Shown piece after piece: positions 32,541 to 41,570 of a DNA stretch of 64,000 bases. This stretch comes from an uncultured Candidatus Planktophila sp. (GTDB taxonomy: Bacteria > Actinomycetota > Actinomycetes > Nanopelagicales > Nanopelagicaceae). Position numbers and translations under genes: made by a program. Below the pieces are notes generated by a model. That model saw only the letters and a program-made list of their open reading frames with translations, did not search any database and was not told where the DNA came from. Numbering within the stretch: position 1 is the first letter of the stretch; the number at the start of each line of letters is the position of its first letter. The DNA lies in contig CAZNEQ010000001.1 in NCBI GenBank assembly GCA_964572265.1, positions 6,664 through 70,663 of the forward strand, given 5' to 3'.

Positions 32541-32614
32541 AGGCCTATGTAGTTTTTTTATTTCTTATGTAATTTTTATGAAGTTGTTTTGCTATAAAGT
32601 TTTTTGCTGATGCT

Positions 32615-33046
32615 CTAGAAAAGTCCCGGAAAAACTTCTTCAGAGACATCAGCAAAAGTTGATTCGCGATCTGCGAGATAGTTGCTCCACGCACCGCTAT
32701 CCCAGATTTCAACTCTGGTATTTGCACCAATAACGACGCACTCTTTTTCAAGACCGGCATAAGTGCGGAGGCCTTGTGGAATCGTGATACGACCTTGGCG
32801 GTCAGGAATTTCGTCGTGGGCGCCGGCAAACATCACACGCTGGTAATCACGGGCTGCTTTTGCGGTAACAGGTGCTTGGCGAAGCGTCTCGGTGATGTGG
32901 GCGAATTCAGTGGCTGGGAAGACATAGAGGCAACGCTCTTGTCCCTTGGTGATCACAAGTCCTGGGGAGAGCTCTTCGCGGAATTTGGCAGGAAGAATCA
33001 ATCGGCCCTTCTCGTCGAGACGAGGTTCGTGGGTACCTAAAAACAT
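32615..33046 (-). CDS. mraZ: Division/cell wall cluster transcriptional repressor MraZ
   Basis: [23 protein letters not shown]. Confidence 0.97.
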   Translation of the reverse strand: MFLGTHEPRLDEKGRLILPAKFREELSPGLVITKGQERCLYVFPATEFAHITETLRQAPVTAKAARDYQRVMFAGAHDEIPDRQGRITIPQGLRTYAGLEKECVVIGANTRVEIWDSGAWSNYLADRESTFADVSEEVFPGLF

Positions 33047-33096
33047 TGATTTTCACCGCCTTCCCCAAGGTCGTGAGCGTGTTTTTCCCGCTCAAT

Positions 33097-33175
33097 TCCC
33101 CACTATACTCCACTTTCCTCCTTTTTCAACCACTATTCGCCAATTTTTTCCCTTTCTCCCCCACCGCCCTCCACC
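33097..33175 (-). promoter_or_regulatory. MraZ operator: GTGG-type direct repeats at 10-bp spacing
   Basis: CCAC (GTGG on minus) at 33100, 33110, 33130, 33161 and 33171, with degenerate copies at 33120 and 33140, directly upstream of mraZ. Confidence 0.75.
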
Positions 33176-33189
33176 CCTTTTCGAGCGCG

Positions 33190-33220
33190 AAAAAACCCGC
33201 CCCTGGAGGGAGGCGGGTTC
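33190..33220 (-). terminator. Intrinsic terminator after DUF3040 gene
   Basis: Minus strand AACCCGCCTC-CCTCCA-GGGGCGGGTT followed by a T run. Confidence 0.85.
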
Positions 33221-33254
33221 GACTAGAGATTGATCAGGTTATGTATTCGACGGT

Positions 33255-33623
33255 TTACTCCGTGGTGCGTTCATCCCAACGCTGCTGGAGACGATCAGAG
33301 AAGCTGCCGCGAGCGCGATTGGTGCGTGGCTTTGCATTAGGGAGCCCCTTCTGGCTGAGCGCGCGAAGGGCGAGAAGAACTCCGGTGAGAGCGACGATAA
33401 AGCCTGCTACGCCGATTGGCGCCACCTGCGAGATGAGGCCAGCGAAGAGGATTCCGATACCGGCCACGATCAGCGCCAGCCCCGCAAGCGCTCCGCCAGG
33501 AGCTTTACGCAAGATAGTCGCTGTGTCGCCGCCTGCGAGAGTCGATTGCAGGCGTGGATCATCAGAGGCGAGAGCCGCCTCCATCTCTGCTAATAAGCGT
33601 CGTTCACGATCGGAAAGTGCCAT
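33255..33623 (-). CDS. DUF3040 family membrane protein
   Basis: MALSDRERRLLAEMEAAL..DDP, two TMs, RLQQRWDER; normally found upstream of mraZ in Actinobacteria. Confidence 0.88.
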   Translation of the reverse strand: MALSDRERRLLAEMEAALASDDPRLQSTLAGGDTATILRKAPGGALAGLALIVAGIGILFAGLISQVAPIGVAGFIVALTGVLLALRALSQKGLPNAKPRTNRARGSFSDRLQQRWDERTTE

Positions 33624-33647
33624 AGCCCCACAATAGAACAGAAGTGG

Positions 33648-34814
33648 TTAATCGTCATCTTCTTCAGGGCGGATGAGCCTGCCAGGACGAACACTGGCGC
33701 TGCCAAAGCGCGCCCGCGCCTTATCTATCGCTGTATCAGCCTCACGCCACCCCTTTTCACGTGAGCCGAGGAGCATCTGCTCGTGAGCGCCTTCATGGAG
33801 GTTCTCCAAAGAGACCGCTACTAGGCGCAGTCTTGCCCCATTGATCTTGAGGGCTTGATAGAGAGTGCGCACTACCTCGTAAATCTCTTGCGTGCTATCA
33901 ATCGGAAGCGGCAAGGTTTTACTGCGGCTGATGGTGGTGAAATCCGCAAAACGCACCTTGATTCCGATTGTCTTTGCAAAGAGCTCTCGATCGCGTAAGC
34001 GCGCCGCTGCTTTCTCGGTCATTCGAAGAAATTCACGCAAGATTTCTTCTGGATTATCGAGATCCTGCGCAAAGGTCTCAGCATTACTAATGCTCTTATC
34101 TGGTTCATCATTACTGACATCGCGCATATCGCGACCCCAGGCAAGTTCGTAGAGAGACGCACCCGTGGCTTCACCGAGTGCGCGCATTAATGTGGCGCGC
34201 GGTGTATGTGCAATCTCGCCAATGGTATGAAGCCCTAAACGCTCGAGCGCTTCACCCGTCTTAGGTCCGACTCCCCACATTGCACCTACCGGGAGTGGGT
34301 GAAGGAATTCGAGGAGGCGTTCATCAAGGATTTCGAGCATGCCATTAGGTTTGCAATGTTGCGAAGCAAGCTTTGCAATAAATTTATTGGAGGCGATTCC
34401 AACAGAACAGGTGATTCCTTCTTTCTCTTGCACCTCTTCTCTAATCTTCATCGCAATCTCGCGTCCAGTTCCGATTAATTTCAGTGCACCAGTTACATCA
34501 AGGAAAGCTTCATCGAGTGAGATGGGTTCGACCTTAGGCGTGTAGGTCGAGAAAATCGTCATCACTCTCTCAGATATCTCTGCATATCGGTGATGTTCAG
34601 GTGCGATAAAGATTGCGTGTGGCGCCATTCTTTGCGCACGCCCCACCGGCATTGCAGCACGGATTCCAAATTTGCGAGCTGCGTAATTTGCAGAGAGGAC
34701 GACTCCACGTGCACCGGCTCCGACCACAACAGCTTTTCCTCGGAGTTCGGGGTGATCAAGCTCTGCTACAGATGCATAGAAGGCATCCATATCAACATGC
34801 AGAATCGTGCTCAT
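33648..34814 (-). CDS. dinB: Y-family DNA polymerase IV
   Basis: HVDMDAFYASV, SANYAAR.FG, ISLDEAFLD (catalytic residues intact), little-finger domain. Confidence 0.95.
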   Translation of the reverse strand: MSTILHVDMDAFYASVAELDHPELRGKAVVVGAGARGVVLSANYAARKFGIRAAMPVGRAQRMAPHAIFIAPEHHRYAEISERVMTIFSTYTPKVEPISLDEAFLDVTGALKLIGTGREIAMKIREEVQEKEGITCSVGIASNKFIAKLASQHCKPNGMLEILDERLLEFLHPLPVGAMWGVGPKTGEALERLGLHTIGEIAHTPRATLMRALGEATGASLYELAWGRDMRDVSNDEPDKSISNAETFAQDLDNPEEILREFLRMTEKAAARLRDRELFAKTIGIKVRFADFTTISRSKTLPLPIDSTQEIYEVVRTLYQALKINGARLRLVAVSLENLHEGAHEQMLLGSREKGWREADTAIDKARARFGSASVRPGRLIRPEEDDD

Positions 34815-37800
34815 ATCGCCACACTACCTTTCTTTAGATTCCACTCTTGATAGGCGCTTCGTAAATCCCAGACCCCCGTTGCTCGCAGTGAGATACCGCG
34901 TTCGCCGGTCCGGCGAGTATTACCCCGTACTAAGAAGAGCGATGTGGCATAGAGGGTCTGCGCATATTCGCCGGAGCGCGCCTCAAGTACATCCGGGAAG
35001 AAGGTGGCATCACTGCAGCCATATCCATCATCGAGTGAGAGAAAGAGAACGCGTTTGCCAGAACGAACTGGCGGTGATTGAAGCGCCACTTTAACGCCAG
35101 CTACAAGCAGAGTGGTGTTGCTGCGCGCCTTTAAGAGATCGCAAGAACGGGTTGCACCAATTGCATTGAGGAATTCGGCATAAGGTGAGAGAAGGTGCTC
35201 GCTGATATCCATACCGAGGCGACTGAGTTCATTGCTCATCTTTTCGCCAGCGCTCATTGCTGGCAGGCCGCTTGGCTGAAGCAAAGGTGGTGCAAGGCAC
35301 AGTGACATCTGTGCACCTGATAGCGCTGGAGCTGATGTCTTCTGTAAATCTGCTAAATGTAAGAGTAAGTCGCGATGATTAATTGATTGGTCGTGATGAA
35401 CGCTATCGAATGCACCGGTAAGGATCAGCGTTTCAATAGTGGGAGCTGCAGCGCCAGATCTGCGATAGAAATCTGCAAGATCGAGATAGGGCTGACCGGC
35501 GGCGATGGATTCGATTTCATTTGCACTTGCTCCGCTAACTGCACTGAGCGCGATACGGATGGCGCTCTTATCCCCCATATTTTCTACTCGATAATCACTC
35601 TGTGATTGATTGATATCAAGTGGCGCCAATGGAACTCCCATTTGACGTGCCTCATCAATCATCAACCGCTTGGGATACATTCCTGGATCGTGAGTGAGAA
35701 CGCCTGAGATAAAGCTCGCTGGGTAATGAGTTTTAAGCCATGCCGATTGATAGGTAGGCAGCGCAAATGCAGCTGCATGGGCTTTACAGAAACCGAATGA
35801 TGCAAAGGCGCGCAGGACATCCCAGATTGTCGTGATTGTTGTGAGTTCATATCCTTGATCAGTTGCAGCAGGAAAGAACCAATCGCAGACCTCTTGTTGC
35901 CCCTCTTTACTGCCGAGTGCACGACGTTTTTCGTCAGCCGCTGCCAACGAGATACCGGTCATCACCGCAATGATGGAGATGACTTGTTCGTGAAAGACAA
36001 CTACGCCTTCAGTCTCAGCCAATATTGGCGCCAAGGTGGGATGAATCAATTGCGGCGCAGTAAAGCCACCGCGGGCCTCGAGAAATGGGCGAATCATGTC
36101 GGATTTCACTGGCCCAGGACGGAAGAGCGAGATATCGATAACCAGATCGTTAAACGTGCGCGGCTGAAGCTTGCCGATGAGTTCGCGTTGGCCAGGGCTC
36201 TCAATCTGAAAGAGCCCTAGGGTCTGCGTTGATTGAATCAACTTATATGTATCAGGATCATCGAGCGGTATGGCATCGATATCGAAGTCAGGATCAGCAG
36301 TACGTCTAATCTCTTCTACGGCATGAGCGATTGCCGATTGCATCCGGACGCCCAGAACATCGAGTTTGAGTAAGCCAATATCCTCAACATCATCTTTATC
36401 GAATTCAAGCATGGGGTAGCCGCCGGCATTAATCTGTAGCGGCGTACGATCAAGCAACGTTGCATCCGATAGCGCAATCGCACATGGGTGCATCGCTAAA
36501 TGTCGCGGCAGGCCATCGAGTCGCTGTGCCATTGCAATTGTCATCGCCATCAGCGGTGCCGAGGTGTTAAGCGATCGGAGTTCGGGGAGCGATGCTAGCG
36601 CTGCTTCAATATTTGCTGCGCGAATATGAGGCATCGACTTTGCCAGTAGATCAATCTCGCCGGCAGGTAGACCTAGTGCAGCGCCAGCATCGCGGATTGC
36701 ATGGCGCGCACGATATTTCTCGACCATTGAAACAGTGGCACAGCGTGAGATTGCATTGGGTGAGTTAAATGATGGAGAGCCATAGCGAGCAAAGACAGCA
36801 TCGTAGATTTCAAGACGGCGATGAGATTCGACATCGATATCGATATCAGGAAGTGCGCGACGTAGCGGTGAACAGAAGCGCTCCATCAAGAGGCCATGTT
36901 CGATGGGATCAACGCCAGAGATTCCGAGTAAATGACAGATGAGAGAGCCTGCTCCAGATCCGCGCGCAGCAACGCGGATCCCTTTGCCGCGCGCCATATC
37001 GGTGATGTCAGCGACAGTAAGAAAGTACGATTCAAAACCAAGAGTGGCAACAGTTGCGAGTTCATCATCAAGGCGGGCTCGCGCGATACGGATGCGATTG
37101 CTATCGGTGTAACGCCAATGGAGTCCTGCTTCGCTGCGTTCGCGCAAGAGGCGGCGCATATCAGCGGCATTTGCTGCCTCCACAACATCTGCCTCGGGTA
37201 GATGTACGCCACCTAAACCAATATCGCGCTGCGGTGAAAGCAGTGAACGCTCGGCCCATTCGCGAGTTGTTTTGAGTAATAAACGTGGCGAACCTTCACC
37301 AGCTGCTTGCGCAATCTCTGCTGCAAGGCGTTGCATCTCGGCGCTATCTTTGAGGAAAGCTTCGGCATTACGGCGTTCGAGGTGGCGACGATCCAGCGGT
37401 ACAAGTTGACGTGCGCAATCGAGAATATCTGCTACTGGTCCATCGCTGCGATCGCGCATCCGCACCGCATTGGTAATCACTGCCGGGATATCGTGCTCGC
37501 GAGCAAAGACCAGCGACCGCGCAGCATGTGCAGTAGAACGCGGACCGTTGCCACCCACTAAATGCGATACGCATTCGATGGCATGGTCTGCAAAGAAAGG
37601 GCGCATCTTATTGAAAATCTCAAGTGCTAAATCAAAACGATGTAACCCAATCGCCTCTGATACCGGTGATTCGGGGCCATGTAAGAGATAAAGCTGCGAG
37701 CTGTATTGTGCAAAGCGTTCGAGTACATCCATCGTCAATACCGGAATCCGATCACCCGAAGTAAAGGTGATTCCGCGATATAGATGCATCAAGTTGCGGT

Positions 37801-38095
37801 ATCCCCCATCGCTGCCGGCGAGGATAGTGATGCGAGGAAAATTTTTTCGATCGGATTTAATTCCGACGGATTCGCTATTGATAAGATCGATTTGAAGATT
37901 GATACCGATGATGGGTGCAATACCCATCTCTAAACAACTCTTTGCAAAGCGAATCGTGCCAGCAAAAGAATCACGATCGGTAAGGGCTAACGCTGGCATC
38001 TCAAATTCGGCAGCACGTTCTACTAAATCATGCGGCTGGGTTGTGCCGTATTTAAATGAGTAGGCGCTAGTGGTGCGCAGATGTATAAAGCTCAT
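34811..38095 (-). CDS. dnaE2: Error-prone C-family polymerase DnaE2
   Basis: Degenerate PHP (HLRTTSAYSF), RGSGAGS, PDIDID, LFQIESPGQ, FGFCKAHA, QSPPVRSG; SOS boxes upstream. Confidence 0.92.
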   Translation of the reverse strand: MSFIHLRTTSAYSFKYGTTQPHDLVERAAEFEMPALALTDRDSFAGTIRFAKSCLEMGIAPIIGINLQIDLINSESVGIKSDRKNFPRITILAGSDGGYRNLMHLYRGITFTSGDRIPVLTMDVLERFAQYSSQLYLLHGPESPVSEAIGLHRFDLALEIFNKMRPFFADHAIECVSHLVGGNGPRSTAHAARSLVFAREHDIPAVITNAVRMRDRSDGPVADILDCARQLVPLDRRHLERRNAEAFLKDSAEMQRLAAEIAQAAGEGSPRLLLKTTREWAERSLLSPQRDIGLGGVHLPEADVVEAANAADMRRLLRERSEAGLHWRYTDSNRIRIARARLDDELATVATLGFESYFLTVADITDMARGKGIRVAARGSGAGSLICHLLGISGVDPIEHGLLMERFCSPLRRALPDIDIDVESHRRLEIYDAVFARYGSPSFNSPNAISRCATVSMVEKYRARHAIRDAGAALGLPAGEIDLLAKSMPHIRAANIEAALASLPELRSLNTSAPLMAMTIAMAQRLDGLPRHLAMHPCAIALSDATLLDRTPLQINAGGYPMLEFDKDDVEDIGLLKLDVLGVRMQSAIAHAVEEIRRTADPDFDIDAIPLDDPDTYKLIQSTQTLGLFQIESPGQRELIGKLQPRTFNDLVIDISLFRPGPVKSDMIRPFLEARGGFTAPQLIHPTLAPILAETEGVVVFHEQVISIIAVMTGISLAAADEKRRALGSKEGQQEVCDWFFPAATDQGYELTTITTIWDVLRAFASFGFCKAHAAAFALPTYQSAWLKTHYPASFISGVLTHDPGMYPKRLMIDEARQMGVPLAPLDINQSQSDYRVENMGDKSAIRIALSAVSGASANEIESIAAGQPYLDLADFYRRSGAAAPTIETLILTGAFDSVHHDQSINHRDLLLHLADLQKTSAPALSGAQMSLCLAPPLLQPSGLPAMSAGEKMSNELSRLGMDISEHLLSPYAEFLNAIGATRSCDLLKARSNTTLLVAGVKVALQSPPVRSGKRVLFLSLDDGYGCSDATFFPDVLEARSGEYAQTLYATSLFLVRGNTRRTGERGISLRATGVWDLRSAYQEWNLKKGSVAI

Positions 38096-38121
38096 GGCTG
38101 ATAAAGAAGTTGTTTAACGAT

Positions 38122-38400
38122 TTAAATCGTTGTCACAATCCATTGTCCGGTTGCTTCATCGCGTTCGAGTTGGAATGTCGTGAGCGCACCAATGGGTGCA
38201 GCTTCTACTCGCCAGAGCGCACGCGCTTGATCGTCAGGGCGATACTTGCCATCACTAACTCGGTTCCACCAACCCCCGCTCTCGCACCAGCGCGATAAGA
38301 CGGCATGGATACGAAAGCGTCGACCTTTAAAGGTGAATTCGATAGGAGTAGTAGGTCCATCAATCAGGACCTCTCCTGCGGGGATGATTTCGCTCGCCAT
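38122..38400 (-). CDS. Small DUF6504/ImuB C-terminal-domain-like protein
   Basis: AAAGGAGG RBS before ATG 38400; FTFKGRRFRI..VLSRW.E.GGWW...WRVEA...QLERD..TGQW pattern. Confidence 0.75.
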   Translation of the reverse strand: MASEIIPAGEVLIDGPTTPIEFTFKGRRFRIHAVLSRWCESGGWWNRVSDGKYRPDDQARALWRVEAAPIGALTTFQLERDEATGQWIVTTI

Positions 38401-38435
38401 ATGAGCCTCCTTTGAAAGTAGATGGGTCTCGATCG

Positions 38436-38463
38436 TCGAACAGGTATTCGAACAGATGTTCGA
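38436..38463. promoter_or_regulatory. Two overlapping LexA (SOS) boxes
   Basis: TCGAAC-AGGT-ATTCGA (38436-38451) and perfect TCGAAC-AGAT-GTTCGA (38448-38463), matching actinobacterial TCGAAC-N4-GTTCGA. Confidence 0.9.
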
Positions 38464-38486
38464 AAAATAGCCCACCCCACCGACAA
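38464..38486 (-). promoter_or_regulatory. RecA-NDp (PafBC-dependent) DNA-damage promoter
   Basis: Minus strand TTGTCGGTG-GGGTGGGC-TATTTT, an exact match to TTGTCRGTG-N8-TAnnnT. Confidence 0.85.
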
Positions 38487-38538
38487 GGGCAACGCTCGAG
38501 GTTAGGTTGAGAGTTTTCGGCGTGTTATGAGCGTTAGG

Positions 38539-38569
38539 TGATTGAAATTTCAACTACAACCCCTACTCT
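38539..38569 (+). promoter_or_regulatory. doxX promoter with palindromic operator over the -35
   Basis: TTGAAA (38542)-N16-TACTCT (38564); perfect palindrome TTGAAATTTCAA at 38542-38553. Confidence 0.65.
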
Positions 38570-38620
38570 TTTAGGAGTCCTCGGCAGAAGGTGCTGAGGC
38601 GGATGAATATGGAGAAAGAA

Positions 38621-39040
38621 TTGGATCTACTACTTATCCTCGGCCGAGTTCTCTTTGGCGCTCTCTGGATTGGCGCTGGCTTTGCACACTTTAAGAGCCT
38701 TGAGGCAATGACAGGCTATGCGAAGTACAAGAAGCTCCCAGCACCAAAACTTGGCGTGATTGGATCGGGCCTTACCTTCCTTGTCGGTGGAATCCTCATC
38801 GTCCTCGGAACATGGGTTGACCTTGCTGCGCTACTTATTGCAGTAACCGTAATCCTGGCAGCGCTCATCTTCCATCAATACTGGAAAGAGACAGATGCCA
38901 ATACAAAGATGCAAGAGATGATGGCATTCAATAAGGATATGGCGCTCGGTGGCGCCGCAATCATCTTATTTGCTCTCGTTGAAAGCGGATTGGTTACCGA
39001 ATTCGGCGGAAGCGTTGGAGCTGTTTCACTCTTCGGCTAA
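38621..39040 (+). CDS. DoxX family membrane protein
   Basis: LGRVLFG...AHF, FHQYWK, FNKDMALGGA. Start uncertain (TTG 38621 after GGAG, or ATG 38609). Confidence 0.88.
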   Translation: MDLLLILGRVLFGALWIGAGFAHFKSLEAMTGYAKYKKLPAPKLGVIGSGLTFLVGGILIVLGTWVDLAALLIAVTVILAALIFHQYWKETDANTKMQEMMAFNKDMALGGAAIILFALVESGLVTEFGGSVGAVSLFG

Positions 39041-39054
39041 TTAGTCAAGATTAC

Positions 39055-39092
39055 AAGAAGGCCTCCTGAGAAAACAGGGGGCCTTCTTCTTT
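39055..39092 (+). terminator. Intrinsic terminator after doxX
   Basis: AAGAAGGCCTCCTG-AGAAAA-CAGGGGGCCTTCTT followed by CTTT. Confidence 0.85.
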
Positions 39093-39110
39093 ATCTGCCA
39101 CTATTACGGC

Positions 39111-39854
39111 ATGGAGATTATCGGCGCACTCATTGCTGGCAGTTTTATCGGCGCCGTACTTGGATTTGTTGGCGCTGGTGGAGCAATGCTCTCAGTGCCA
39201 ATTTTAATCAACTTCTTTAGTTTCTCTCCGCAACAGGCAACAACTGCAGCCCTAGCGGTCGTATTTCTCGCCGCTCTCTCAGGGGCGCTGCCTAAGGTAC
39301 GAACCAAAGAGATTCTCTACCGTGATGCGCTGATTATTTGGGGTATTGGATTAATTACCAACCTTGGATTTTCGTCCATCGCTGCGAATCTTCCTGATCG
39401 ATTTATCACTGTGGGATTTTCGTTAGTTCTTTTCTTCGCTAGCTATTCGATGTTTCGTAATCCATTAACCGATATCCATAGACGAATACCACTCGCACTT
39501 CTGATTGTAATTTCACTCGTAGTTGGAGCAATCACAGGCCTATTCGGGATTGGGGGCGGCTTTCTTGTTATTCCAGCTTTGGTTCTCTTCTTTGGAACGC
39601 CACAGAATATTGCAGCCGGGACTTCACTCCTCGTCATCAGCTTGAATTCGATTACAGCGCTCTTGGGTCATCATTCAATGTGGAGCAAGATCGACTGGCA
39701 TGTGCCGATTTTTATGTCGATTGGCGCAATTGTGATGGCGAGTGCTGCTTCGCATTTTGGAAGAGAATCCTCCCCGGTCTTGGTACGCAAGGCTTTTGCA
39801 ACGCTCTTGCTTGCCGTTGCTACCTTTACTCTGATCCAGAGCTTGTTTCTCTAA
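39111..39854 (+). CDS. Sulfite exporter TauE/SafE family protein
   Basis: GFVGAGGAML.VP and GLFGIGGGFLVIP repeats, AAGTSL. Confidence 0.9.
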   Translation: MEIIGALIAGSFIGAVLGFVGAGGAMLSVPILINFFSFSPQQATTAALAVVFLAALSGALPKVRTKEILYRDALIIWGIGLITNLGFSSIAANLPDRFITVGFSLVLFFASYSMFRNPLTDIHRRIPLALLIVISLVVGAITGLFGIGGGFLVIPALVLFFGTPQNIAAGTSLLVISLNSITALLGHHSMWSKIDWHVPIFMSIGAIVMASAASHFGRESSPVLVRKAFATLLLAVATFTLIQSLFL

Positions 39855-41050
39855 TCCTCTTTGATAGATCGCGACATGTACCCAGCGAGAATCATCATTC
39901 CCACGGGATAAGCCATCGCCCATGAGAGTGATGTTGCCTCCGCAATCATTCCCGTCACTGTAGGTCCAATAAAGAAACCTGCAATTCCGATCACGCCCAC
40001 ACGAGAGATTGCAACGGCAGGAGCAATCCCTTTCAATCGACTAGCGGCCAAAATAAAAGCAGGGAACATTGGACCAATTCCCATTCCGGCAAAGATAAAG
40101 CCGATATTAACCACGACTAACGCTGACCATACTGAGACGCTTGAAAGTGGAACTGCTATTGCAATGCAAAGACCCCACGCAAGTCCACCGTATATACCAC
40201 CGTATCGAACAGTATTTCGTGGACCAAATTTTTCCAGAGCTCTATCGCCAAGAAAGCGGCTCGTGATCATCGCAAGAGCAAATGATGCAAAGGCAGATGC
40301 GTAGATTCCTTTAGGGACGTTCATATTGTCCCGAAGTAAAATTGCGCCCCAATCGCTTGCTGCGCCTTCGGCAACCATTCCTGCAATGAGACCTAGTCCG
40401 ATTGCCCAAAGCGGCAATACTGATTTTCCAAAGAATGGAATCTTAGCCTCGGTCTTCTCACTGCCATCGCCCGCGTGCTCATCAATGTCAGGAGAGAGTA
40501 GGTAAAGGTTTGCCGGGATAAATGCTAGAAAGGATGCGATTGCAACAACAATTAAGTTTGTTTTCGGAGTCATGTGAGAAATTGCAAAGCCGCCGAAAAC
40601 TGTTGTTACAAAAGAACCTACGCTCCACATTCCATGAAAAGAAGACATACATTTCTGATTGATAATTTTTTCAACTACAACGGCTTGGGTATTGACTGAC
40701 ATATCTGTCAAGGCATAGCCAAGTCCCATTAGCATTAAAGCGAGAAAGAGTTCGGTGGCGGTCTTCGAATACGCCATAGCGACTAATCCTGCTGGAAGTA
40801 AGAATGAAGAAACGTTGACTACTGGCCTAGATCCAAAAGTATGAATTGCACGACCGGCAATCTGAGCCCCAAGGACCGAACCGATTGTGGCGCCTAAGAA
40901 GATAAATCCGAACTCACCATTGGATAAACCAATTGCATCTTTCATCTCAGGAATTCGAGCAACCCAGGCCATCGAAGCGATTCCCATGATCAAGAAGGAT
41001 GCCCATAGCGAGTTTCGGGCACGAATCCCTCGCTGCATAGCTGTAGTCAC
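39851..41050 (-). CDS. MFS transporter
   Basis: About 12 TMs, WVARIP, MSSFHGMWSVG, EGAASDW, SRFLGD; GTG start 6 nt after TAGGTT. Confidence 0.88.
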   Translation of the reverse strand: MTTAMQRGIRARNSLWASFLIMGIASMAWVARIPEMKDAIGLSNGEFGFIFLGATIGSVLGAQIAGRAIHTFGSRPVVNVSSFLLPAGLVAMAYSKTATELFLALMLMGLGYALTDMSVNTQAVVVEKIINQKCMSSFHGMWSVGSFVTTVFGGFAISHMTPKTNLIVVAIASFLAFIPANLYLLSPDIDEHAGDGSEKTEAKIPFFGKSVLPLWAIGLGLIAGMVAEGAASDWGAILLRDNMNVPKGIYASAFASFALAMITSRFLGDRALEKFGPRNTVRYGGIYGGLAWGLCIAIAVPLSSVSVWSALVVVNIGFIFAGMGIGPMFPAFILAASRLKGIAPAVAISRVGVIGIAGFFIGPTVTGMIAEATSLSWAMAYPVGMMILAGYMSRSIKED

Positions 41051-41081
41051 GAGAGAAACCTATCCCCTAGCCTTGCCGCCT

Positions 41082-41570
41082 ATGGAGCACATACTTGAAA
41101 AGTCGGCGGTGAAAAGGGTGGCTGCTGCCATGAACGAACTTTCTATCGCCGGTCCAATAACCGTGCTCGGAGATTCCGCTCGTACTGCGCAAGACGCGGC
41201 TTCTGCCTTAGGGATTGAGGTCGGACAAATTGCATCCTCACTCATCTTTAAGACTCCAGCTGGGCAGGTGCTCTTAATCATTACCAGTGGTCGTCATCGA
41301 GTTGACACCGCCCTCGTTGCGGAAAATCTTCAATGTACTGAACTGCTCCGAGTAGATGCCGCCTTCGTTAAGGAATTCTCAGGTTTCTCAATTGGCGGTG
41401 TCAGTCCCATTGGTTGGACCAACTCCCCCGACATCGTGCTTATTGATGAAGCGCTCAACGATTATGAAATTGTCTGGGCGGCGGCAGGACATCCTCATGG
41501 AGTCTTTCCAACATCATTTGCAGAGCTTCAAATTGCGACTTCCGCACGGGCGATGAAAGTTGGCGAATAA
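41082..41570 (+). CDS. YbaK/EbsC family aminoacyl-tRNA deacylase-like protein
   Basis: SARTAQDAA.ALG..VGQIASSLIF, GFSIGGVSP, WAAAG; start moved to ATG 41082. Confidence 0.9.
   Translation: MEHILEKSAVKRVAAAMNELSIAGPITVLGDSARTAQDAASALGIEVGQIASSLIFKTPAGQVLLIITSGRHRVDTALVAENLQCTELLRVDAAFVKEFSGFSIGGVSPIGWTNSPDIVLIDEALNDYEIVWAAAGHPHGVFPTSFAELQIATSARAMKVGE

Noticed and set aside
33046-33636. 196-aa plus-strand ORF
   Set aside because: Antisense to the DUF3040 gene, spanning a terminator and the MraZ operator, with no recognisable motifs.
33648-38400. dnaE2 cassette as a mobile island (looks slightly more GC-rich by eye)
   Set aside because: No integrase, transposase or flanking repeats were seen, and GC content was not measured.
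38401-38553. N-terminal extension of the 143-aa ORF
   Set aside because: It runs through the LexA and PafBC elements, and a strong AAAGGAGG precedes ATG 38400.
40887-41081. Long N-terminal extension of the YbaK ORF
   Set aside because: It overlaps the MFS gene on the opposite strand. Family similarity starts at ATG 41082.
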